DNA of 64,000 nucleotides, from contig NW_003314270.1 in the NCBI RefSeq assembly GCF_000143415.4, positions 2,945,668-3,009,667 on the forward strand, in the 5' to 3' direction. The DNA is from Selaginella moellendorffii (lineage: Eukaryota; Plantae; Lycopodiophyta). Within the stretch, counting starts at the first letter, position 1; the number at the start of each line of letters is the position of its first letter. This document shows positions 1-10,756 of the stretch, piece by piece. A program made the position numbers and the translations under genes. A model generated the notes under the pieces. It was not told the origin of the DNA, did no database searches, and saw only the letters and a program-made list of their open reading frames with translations.

Positions 1-279
1 TTCATATTGCATAGTGCATAAGGTGTTTTATTAGTATAAATTCGCGACAAATGCATACTTTACAACCTTCTTGGATTATATAAAGCTAAAGCCTCACAAA
101 TTTAATGCCTACTAAAATGGTAATTAATTGCTCAGGGAGTTAATAATTCCCTAATCTGTCCACACAATTCATGGGAATATGGTTAAAAACTTCCTTTATT
201 AATATCCTATGGTACACCCCCCTCCAATTTATATCCACCACTTGTATATATTCGTATAGTGTTAGCCACGTAATTCCCA

Positions 280-3200
280 AATAATTTGCAAGATAAGCCA
301 TGGTTTTTGTTTCAAGAATCTTTAAGTGCATCCATACAAGAAATGCCTCTACAGTAGCAAATCCCCTCAATCTCAAAAAGTTATTGAAGCCCTACAAGAA
401 GTTTTTTAATGAAGACTTTCCAATTTAAAAATTCATTTACTCATCCATTTTCATCTTCACTGAAGAAGTGTTGGAATTAAAGCCTAATAGCAACCCCACA
501 CTTTGTTTGCAATAGATATATTTGCAACATTTGCATTTAAGTCCAATTTCATGAATATAAGTTATAGGCAAAACTTACTCCTTGTGGATATCTCTAATCA
601 CCACCAAAAAACCAAATCAATTTCACTACCACAACAACCACACTATTAAAATTGAATGACATAACTCCAAAAATCCTTTCCTCCTCAACAACCCTAAGTC
701 ATATTTACAATGACGATGAATGGGATGTTGTGCTATATATATGACCCACATGTATGACCCATCATTTTATAGTCATGTACCACATATATGCCCATTTCAT
801 TGACATCTAAATTGGACCTCAACTATGCCACACATGGGTTTCCTGTGCAAGTACAATATAGGGGATTTACAAATAGCACACTATACAATCAAAGATGTAT
901 ATTGTTTATGTTAATGTTTATTATTCAAGTTCATGAAGTTCACAAGTCAACTACAACTTAAACACCAAAGCATGCTCCACCCATTAAACCAAGCATGAAG
1001 ATTGCATGTAATAGTTGAGCAGGCTGAGGTGGCAATTAACTGGCATGAGTCTGTGGCGGTTGACCAACCTGAGATCAAGGATGATGGATAATGTGGAGCT
1101 ATATGTAAATGGAGTTATATGTAAAGTACTATAACAACATTTTGTTTTAAATTTCAAATATGTAGCACAAGATGGCCTGCGTTGCTAAACCGGACTCCTC
1201 AGCAGCCATGGCTTGGTCCAGTACCCACTTTGCCAGCCCCCAAAACTCCTCAACATCCTTCAGGTTCTCGGGTCCATGCTGCTGAGACATAGAGAAGAAA
1301 CGCCATGGGAAACAGGGAGCCGATGAACCATAGCGTGACCATGGTGACCAAATTGTTCAAAGGAATGTACTGAACGTTGATCAAAAAGTTAACTTGTTGC
1401 ATTGAGAATCATACACTTCTCTATGCAAAATGTGGAAGCCTGGACTCGTACTCAACGAAAGGAAAAAGATTGTTGGAAACCAAACTAGAAAGGAAACATC
1501 TACTGATCAAAACGAAAATACTGTCCAGCCGCACCATGACAAGCTTTCCTCCCCAGACTACCAGATTAGAACGGTTAAGATGTGCAGCCGGATGAAATGA
1601 AAATACCAGATAGGCACCAGAAATGGCTCTTCCAGGAGCTCTTGAATCTGATTTAAGTCCGGGCCGCCACCCTCTAGTTTCTGCAGCAGAAGATAGATCC
1701 TGTCGTCATCGTCCAGTGTAAGTAGCCTTACGGAGTTATCTTCTGGAAGCTCCAAATAGTCCCAGGTTAAATCCCAAAATCCTAATTTAAACGTCAATGG
1801 CTGAAAGCAAGACGTAGATGTTCTTGTAGTTCTTGGGGGACGGGTCACTGATGCCGCATTTCTTGGCCTCCACTTCCAGCAATTCTCTCGTCTTCAGTCT
1901 CTTGTAGAGTGCCCATTTCCGAGGAGGCAAGCTCTTTAGAAGTTGGCGATAGCTGTGCTCTTGCATGGCTTTGGCCTTCTTCCTCCGTTCCATTTCCCTC
2001 TCCCTGACTTCCCCGAGCTTCCGGAGGAGCAACACTTCCTCCTGTCCCAGACTTTGGTCAAAGCACTGATCAAACTGGAGCTGTTCCCTCTGGTACTCCA
2101 CCAACGACTCTTGTGACTGAACCAGCCTGCTGGACGTGGGCGATGAACCTCCTCTGGAAGAAGAAGCTGAACGTCCACTGGAAGAAGAAGCCTTCCGGGA
2201 CTCCTCCAACGATTCTACCTTCACAGGGCAGAGGTAAACATAGTACCAGATGCAGGGTCCAGTGTACCAGCGTTCCACTTGTGCTCGTTGCATGAACTGA
2301 TACTCCGTTTTGGTGTGTCCCTCCAGGCTGACAGTCACCTGAAGCGCTAAGAAATGCATCACCCCTTTCTCGTCAACCCACGCGATAACCCCGTCAATGT
2401 ACTTGAAAGAGTACCTGCCTGGTTTCAGGTACACAGGCTTGAAAGGCTCCCACTGGCTTGGATCTAACCGCACGGGTTCACCGTTTAGACTCTTCAGCTC
2501 CACTGGACGACGCACACGCTGCTTGAATTTCAACCCCACCGCCATGATAGCCTCTGCTACAAACCCCTCGCAGGCCCATCCGATCTGGGGCCAGATGATG
2601 TCCGGGTCATCGGGTTTACCCTTCACAATGGCCGGGAATGTCGGTGAACGGAAAACCAGGCCCTTCAAACGCTCCAAAGCTGCCTCTAAATGGACTGCAT
2701 AGATGAAGTCGGTGCAGAAACTACCATCTCCGCTGACAAAACTCTTGGACACCGATGCAGGATCACGTAAAGATTCCTCCGGGCCCTTGTAATCCTTGAT
2801 GTACTTCCGTATGGATTTGAATGGTTCTCCCTGCTTAAACTTCAGCAGCACCGCCTGCCACGCCTGCTCATCATCTAGGAAACCCTCTAGTTCCATCTTC
2901 CCAGGATCTTCGTACACTCGCGTTTCCATGGCACCCGTTCGGACATCCAGCACCCCAAAATTTTTAAGCCTGGGCCTTTTCCTTGAAAAGGAGGTACCGG
3001 TGATGTCTCGTACATACTCGTCACACGCACTGCTGAGGTAGAACAAGGACATGGGGTGCTTTCCAGCAAACAAGAGAACATCCTCCTCACGGTCCGGATG
3101 GTTCTTGAGCATCCCTCCAAGGACGATGGTGGTTCCTCTTATGAACGAAGAATACTCCTCCTGTAGCGCGGATAATTCAATAAAAAAGCACCCGGAAAAA

Positions 3201-3930
3201 ACAAAAGGGAAATGAGGCTTACCTCGCCAAAGTTATCTTTCAGCTCGTACTCTTCCATCTGGCTTGCGCCCACTCTCACGTCATGAGCTTCAGGAGACAA
3301 GGTCTTGATTACAACGTCGCACCCTCTTTCCAAAGCTTCCAGCCACTTTTTCGCCTCAGCTCGCGTGCGTGTTGCTTGAGTTGTGCGTGAAGTACCATCC
3401 TTGTGTTGATCATCGTAGTTCTCCTCACCATCACTCACAAAGAAAATAAAATCCCCAGCCGCCTTTCTGCCCTCGAGAAAGTCAGACAACGACTCCACAG
3501 AGCTGACGCGTTCAATCTCTGCAAGCGCTTCCTCACTGTCACTGTATGCAAACAGAAGAGAGTCCTGAACTTGGCGCAGCACGTCCTCACAAGCGTCCAG
3601 GTACCAAAAGCTTATTGCTCGTTGAGAGCGTCCAACAAGCTCCACTGCAACCGCTCGCAAAATGCAACTCTTTCCTTTCCCCCTGGCACCAGTAATGAGC
3701 ACGCCCCGAGTCGGGGATTGTGGGTCTTCTTCTATAACCAGCCTCATGATGTCCAAGTACGCCGAACGACCCACAAACTCAAATTCCCGTGGTGGCCTCT
3801 TGCCTACGGCGGAGGTACTCAAACCTGGAAAGGGCAACGTCTGCAACCGGCCTGGAGTCTGAAGCCTGGCGAAATCCACATCGCGGAGCCGCGCCTTCAC
3901 ACGCTCCGCCTCCGCCTTCTTTCTTGCAAG
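280..3930. repeat. Segmental duplication unit A (direct repeat of ~10757-14490)
   Basis: Colinear similarity from tttgcaagataagc (~285 vs ~10763) through the whole NTPase-nuclease gene to ttcttgcaagca. Confidence 0.95.
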
Positions 3931-3933
3931 CAT
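1787..3933 (-). CDS. P-loop NTPase + restriction-endonuclease-fold protein, Crinkler/RHS (CR)-like, copy 1 (2 exons; intron 3161-3222)
   Basis: Walker A GARGKGKS preceded by FEFVGR; hydrophobic strand FIFFVSD (Walker B-like); C-terminal YLKPGRYSFKYIDGVI...LALQVTVSLEGH resembles the D...QxTxxxxH signature of CR-REase domains. A GTAAG...CTACAG intron joins ORF 3139-3966 to ORF 1787-3112 in frame. Start codon uncertain. Confidence 0.7.
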
Positions 3934-5985
3934 GGCAGCTGCCAAGAACCCTAACCTGAATTCCAAATAAGTCTAACGGTTTAGGGTTTATGAAATCATG
4001 CAGACAGACACGAGCGCGGTAAGAGAGGTGAGTCAATCTGCCCTGCTTTCAGGGTTTTCTTTGGGCTGCCCAAATCGGTGATCAGCCGTGAATCTCCGAT
4101 TCTCCGGAGGGCGAGCCCCATTGTTTGACAAGAAGCCCGAGAACAGAGCCGGGCTCGAGAGCGGACGATCTGTTCTCAGGTCGGGCTCTGTTCTTATTTG
4201 ATAGAGATCTAACCAGCATGTAACGCAGGTCTGGATAATCATCGAGTCCCTTTAATAAGCTCTAGTGTTTCCAGCATTGGAGACCTAACAATGAACCCAC
4301 ACATCCTATAGCATAGCCTGTAATGTTGAAATCCAGCATATAGTCTAGATCTCCCTTTGCGGCCAGGAGTGTAATACAATCTATCTCACAAACCTGTAGC
4401 AATGGACAGTTCTTCCACCCTTGTTGAAGTGCCGAGTGTAGTAACTGGTTAACATCTGCAGGCCTAGAGGTCCATCGTGATGGAGCTCCAGAGAGTGTAA
4501 AGCCTCCCTACTGACGAGGAACATGGGATCTATAGCAAACCAGAATTTCAATCCAAGCCTTAAGCTGGGAAGCTGTTTGGATAACCTTGCCTGCTCGAAT
4601 CCATCGTTAAATCTGCTCAGGATGAGAAGAAGCAAGTCGTCAGGGAGATCGGCATTGCTTCAGCTTCTTCACAGTCTTCTGCTTCTTCAGCTTCTTCACC
4701 ACCTTACTTTACGGAAATAGTTTATTCCGGGAATCTTCTTGAAGAGTATATACAGGAATCTTCCTAAGAGTATCTTCATTAGAACATACCAGCTCCAATC
4801 TAAGATTGCCAAAAGTTCGGTGATCAAAGACACTCTTGGAGTTTGTTATGCTCTCCTTTTAATTTGTTAACTTGATTATGGCTTCTGCAAATATAAAAAT
4901 TCCAAAATAACTTAGGCACAAAGAAAAGCTTGAATAAATTTCTTCCATTTTTCGAATAATAGTTTTTTTTGGTTATATCAAAAATTTTGATATATAAAAA
5001 TATAATATTAATATCAAAGTAAAATACCATATTGATAGCCATGATGTATGCATGTGGAGTGACACCCCTCATCCTGCCACCACAGACGTTCTACTAGATA
5101 CTTAATTTTTAATTTTAATAATTATTTTTATTAATTTATTTATGCATATAATTAAAATATCATTTAAATTGAATATTTTTACTAAGAAAATCCTAGTCTA
5201 TCAGCAATCAACCAACTTAACAAGTCCATATTAACAAGCCTTTGTCTATTTGTTAATCTCAACATTATAATTTCTTGGTCATGAGGGAGAATTGTAATTA
5301 TGCATATCACCTATTCAACTTATTACCTCTTTCTTTAAAATATTTCATTAGCAAATCTTTCATCACCCAAATCAAACTTGTTAACAAACCAACTACATTA
5401 TTAGGTCACGAAACATTAATGTTAAATTAATTGCATTTAATAATTAAAAAGGTATAGTTCAGTAGCATTCAATCCTTATTGCATCTTTATTTTTACCTTG
5501 TGAAAATTGTCTTTATAGAAGATAATGTATTTCTCAAATATAACAGTAGCTTTGCTCAGTATGATCCTATTTGACTTCTTATATTATTTTATTGCCAACC
5601 ATGAAGCCATTGAGCTTGAATTGATCATAGACAAGCACTAAATTTTTTTTCTAATACATATTTTTTTTAAATGGTTTAATAAGTGGCTTTAAATTTTAAA
5701 TAAAACTATTTTTCTATGCACTTTATCATAATACAAAGGGTTTTCTTAGTTAAATTGAGTAACAAACATTCCTGGTGGCCTACAACTAATATATCAATAC
5801 ACTACCTTTCTTCTAAATATATTTTATCAGTATTCCAAAAAACATTCTCATGTACTTCCATTGTGCTCATGTCTTGCCAAATTTCAATTAATATCAAATC
5901 TGTTAGACAACCAGCCTTGAAGGTTCTCTCCTAAGTCATAGGTCATACAACAATTTTTATTAATTTTATTACATTTAATTACTAA

Positions 5986-6066
5986 GTAGGTATAGCTTAG
6001 TGGTAGAGCAATTGGTTGTAGTCAGATGTAGTCGATGGGTCATTAGTTTAATTCCAGTTGCCTCCT
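5986..6066 (+). pseudogene. Decayed tRNA-like sequence (apparent anticodon GTA, ~9-nt insertion/intron); tRNA pseudogene or SINE head
   Basis: Acceptor GTAGGTA/TGCCTCC, A-box TAGCTTAGTGGTAGAGC, B-box-like GTTTAATTCC, TTTTT immediately downstream; most mismatches are C>T/G>A type. Confidence 0.6.
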
Positions 6067-7863
6067 CATTTTTCTAAAATTCAACCTTTGGTCAAATCAA
6101 ACATGTGAGCAGTTGACCAAGGAAGACCATAAAAAACAATGGGATTCTATAATCAAACATATCATCTTGTTACCAATAATAGAGTTTTTAAACTTAACCA
6201 CCTTAGACTTATATGTTACAAACACTAGTAGTGCTATTTGTTGTTTGTGTGTTGATACTGTTTGGTTCTTTTTTAAAAAGCCTACCCTTCAAGTAGAGTG
6301 GACTAACTCCAACTCAGAGCTTGATTGTTTAAAAATCTTGATGAGCAAAAGAATTCAAATTGAGTTTTCATATGTTGTTGAGGTTTAGGCTTGAGGATTT
6401 TTGTTGTTATTGTTGTTAGTATTTGAGTTTGTGCCTAAGAAACAATGGAGTAATTATTGGGAAAATCAATAATTGACACAATAGTCAATTGATATCAACT
6501 TCAATTGTTTTACTTGCTATTTGTATGTGTGACAATGAGAAGTATAATAGTTGAGATTATCCCTAAAAATTTGAACCAATTAATTCATAAATACCTCATG
6601 ATATATAAACTATAGTCACTTCTTTAACACACCCTTATTATTTGTGTCCTTAATTTGTCCATACATGCACCACTTGATTTGTAAATATGATATTTTGACA
6701 AAAAATAAACTTAATATAAGTGCAGCATTGACATTCTCTTTGAAAATATTTAGGTGCAAAATCTGCTCTCTTCACATGGCAAAGGAAATTTGCAATTATC
6801 TTGGTCAACTTGGAGATTTCACCTATGCATGGAAGCTCTAGATTTGTGCATGTACTACAAGTGTAATCATAATTCACCTCATGAACAAACCCACTCAAGT
6901 GTGAAACAACAATACAAAGCATATTCAGTTGTATACAGAGTAAGTAATAGTAACTATTGAACTCTCAAATCCTCTTAATGTAGAATGGCCTCCGTTTTTT
7001 ATGAATAGTGACTGGGAATAACTTACACTTAAATTTCAAATATTATTCAGCCTATATTCAAACTTAATATTAGTTCAAAGAAATATATTAGAAAGTAAAA
7101 AATCACACTAACTATCTCACAACTATGATTATATCATGAATTTATATTGCATGCCTCATTTCATAATAACTAGCACTCTACACAATCCACTCATATGAAG
7201 TGTTCAAGCTAATAATTAAAGCGTTGTACAACAAATCTCAAGTTCTAGAACCACCTAACCAAAGTCAATAAACACTAATCACCTTATCAAAAAATATTCA
7301 AATAGTCATGACTAAATATGCTTGTCTCTAAAATTGACTTTTATATATTAAATAAAATTTTCAATCATGTAATCTCTTTACTTATTATTCTCATTAAGTT
7401 ATATGCATGACTTACTTTTGTCCCAAAGTCAACTATGCATATTCATCTCCTAGATGCAGATTAGTACAAAATTACATAACATGAAATTTACATTCTACAT
7501 TGACTTTTTAGTCTGGATATGCTCACAACTTAGCAACAAAAGAATAGAGTACTTGCCTATAAAAATTCCAAAAGTGAGGAATGTGAAATTTTAGAGCTTT
7601 ATGCTTCACCATATCATTGTTATTGGAAATATTTGAGTTCTATATGCCCAAAACTATTAAATGAGAGACTCTTTTTTCACTTCAACTAAATTAAAAATAT
7701 ATAAAAATTATATGAGCACTAGTGTTTCAAATAACCCACCTATTGAAAACTATCATCTTAAGCCACAACTTATATCCTCTAGCCACCAAGTAATTATTTT
7801 AACCCCATAGCATGATATCCATCTCTTGCTATTGGTAGTTAAATGATTTTAGTTGCCCTAGAA

Positions 7864-10006
7864 GCTATTTTATCCCCATTTATCCCCCAAAGTTCCAAGG
7901 ATCCATGATGATAGTATATCCAAATCTCATCCCATGATCATTAACCTACTAAGCCAAGGGGAATTAACACTTCCATTTCTGCATTGAATCTACCTCCAGT
8001 TATTCCATGTGAGGCAACTAATCATCCACCCGTACCCCAGTCTCACGGTTTCCGCATTAAATCTACTAATCTTTCCATTGCGTAGATCCACGATGATAGT
8101 ATATCCAAATCTCATCCCATGAACCTACTAAGCTAAGGGGAATTAGCACTTCCATTTCCGCACTGAATCTACCTCCAGCTATTCTATGTAAGGCAACTAG
8201 TCATCCACCCGTACCCTAATCCCACGGTTTCCACATTAAATCTACCACATTAAATCTACTAATCCCACGGTGGAAACTGAATCTACCTCCAGCTATTCTA
8301 TGTGAGGCAACTAGTCATCCACCCGTACCCTAATCCCACAGTTTCCACATTAAATCTACCACATTAAATCTACTAATCCCACGGTTTCCACATTAAATCT
8401 ACCAATCCTTCTATTGTGTAGATTAGCGATTCTATGTGAGGCAACTTTCATTGTGAATTAGCACGTCCATTTCCGCACTAAATCTACCTCCAACTATTCC
8501 ATGTGAGGTAACTAGTCATTCACTCGTACCCCAGTCCCATGGTTTCTGCATTAAATCTAATTGTGAACTAGCACTTCCATTTTCGCACTGAATCTACCTT
8601 CAGCTATTCCATGTGAGGCAACTAGTCATCCACCCATATACCAATCCTTCCATTAAATCTACTAATCCCACGATTTCCACATTAAATCTACCACATTAAA
8701 TCTACTAATCCCACGGTGGAAACTGAATCTACCTCTAGTTATTCTATGTGAGGCAACTAGTCATCTACCCATACCCTAATCCCACGGTTTCCACATTAAA
8801 TCTACCACATTAAATCTACTAATCCCACGGTTTCCACATTAAATCTACCAACCCTTCTATTGTGTAGATTAGCGATTCTATGTGAGGCAACTTCCATTGT
8901 GAACTAGCACGTCCATTTCCGCACTAAATCTACCTCTAACTATTCCATGTGAGGTAACTAGTCATCCACCCGTACCCCAGTCCCATGGTTTCCGCATTAA
9001 ATCTAATTGTGAACTAGCACTTCCATTTTCGCACTGAATCTACCTTCAGCTATTCCATGTGAGGCAACTAGTCATCCACCCATATACCAATCCTTCCATT
9101 AAATCTACTAATCTCACGGTTTCCACATTAAATCTACCAATCTTTCTATTGTGTAGATTAGCGATTCTATGTGAGGCAACTTCTATTGTGAACTAGCACT
9201 TCCATTTCCGCATTAAATCTACCTTTAGCTATTCCATGTGAGGCAACTAGTCATCCACCCGGAAACCATGGGATAAATCTACCTCTAGCTATTCCATGTG
9301 AGGCAACTAGTCATCCACCCGTACCCCAGTCCCATGGTTTCCGCATTAAATCTAATTGTGAACTAGCACTTCCATTTTCACACTGAATCTACCTCCAGCT
9401 ATTCCATGTGAGGCAATTAGTCATCCACCCATATACCAATCCTTCCATTATGTAGATTAGCGATTCCATGTGAGGCAACTTCCATTGTGAACTAGCACTT
9501 CCATTTCCACACTGAATCTACCTCTAGCTATTCCATATGAGGCAACTAGTCATCCACCCGTACCCCAGTCCCATGGTTTCCACATTAAATCTACCAATCC
9601 TTCCATTGGCAACTTCCATTGTGTAGATTAGCGATTCCATATGAGGCAACTAATTATCCACCTATACCATAGTCCCATGGTGGATACTTTCGTCCATAAA
9701 TACTTCACACAAGAGGAAGGACATACGCATGAATGCTTAATATGTACGATTTTAAATTTAGGGGTAGGAATACACCTTACTCAAGGGTATATTATATTTT
9801 TAAGTAGCCATTAATCAATAGGAATTGAACCTATACCATTTATTCTGATACTAATTATAGCCCATCTTATCTCTTTCCCCTTAAACCAATTGGAAAAGGA
9901 GCAATTACTTGATGAGAGAGCCCTTAGTGGCTATTTTATCCTTATTTATCTCTCAAAGTTCCAAGGATCCACAGTGACAATATATTCAAATCTCATCCCA
10001 TGATCA
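7864..10006. repeat. Modular tandem-repeat array (core ~7940-9690) with ~446-bp higher-order repeat, bounded by ~77-bp direct repeats (7864-7940, 9930-10006)
   Basis: About 17 copies of ATGTGAGGCAACT-like motifs interleaved with GAATCTACCTCCAGCTATTCC, AGTCATCCACCCGTACCC and CCACATTAAATCTAC modules; AATCCCACGGTGGAAACTGA recurs at 8261 and 8707. Confidence 0.95.
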
Positions 10007-10559
10007 CATGCGCTACAGAGGCTTTTGAAACCATTATAAATGATAAAATGTTTGTTGCAAATGCCTTTAGTGCTTAAGTAGCATCCTCTAAAACTAACAG
10101 TTGCCTATTTTCTTTAATATCTACTTACTTCAAGAATATCTTTAATACCTCCTCTTTGTCATTCTATCAAATGGCCAAAAATTTGTCTATATAAGTTACA
10201 TAATTAAAAGCTCATCTATAACATCTTGTGCCTCCCCACCACAATATTAATATTAGCATCACCATTGTCATGCCTCCCCTTTATTATCTTTACACATGAA
10301 TATAATGACATTGCAATTTTGCACAATTGTATAGCTTAAACCCTATAACCTTGAAATCCTTTGAACTTTCAATAACACACTTCATCACATATGCTATAAA
10401 GTTTAGATATCTAAACTAACAGCCAAGATTAATTTACAGGATTTTCTAAGTTTGCAAAAAGTTGAGTTTGAAGTTTCACCACTTTATGTGGCCCGAAAAA
10501 AATATGTAGTAGGTTCTAAAGAGAAGAAGTGTTATTCTCAAAAGTCTATGAAACTTAAC

Positions 10560-10745
10560 ACTATTTAGAGCTTCCAATAAATAATTGGAACCATAAGGCT
10601 AACAACAAGATCTATCTTCTATTACAAAAACTAGAGGGTGGCCACATAAGTGACTATTACCTCATATTCAAAATGAAGAAGAGCCCTTAGAATTTTGAGC
10701 TATTTCTGGTGTTGATATGGTATTTTTAGTTCATCAGGTTACCTC
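10560..10745 (+). pseudogene. Inverted, decayed copy of the YLELP...RIYLLLQKLEGG...FLV.IWYF segment found just 3' of both NTPase-nuclease genes
   Basis: ctatttagagcttcca...agatctatcttctattacaaaaactagagggtggc matches the reverse complement of ~1580-1765 and ~12150-12335. Confidence 0.75.
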
Positions 10746-10756
10746 ACTACATATAT

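Noticed and set aside
4320-4830. Possible LTR fragment upstream of copy 1
   Set aside because: No partner LTR, primer-binding site or target-site duplication identified
7940-9690. CRISPR array (TCTAC...GTAGAT hairpin recalls Cas12a repeats)
   Set aside because: No unique spacers, since the intervening sequences are themselves repeated modules; spacing is irregular, there are no cas genes, and the context is eukaryotic
10240-10300. Gypsy RNase H-like peptide on the minus strand (IKGRHDNGDA)
   Set aside because: Too short and unsupported by any RT or integrase motif
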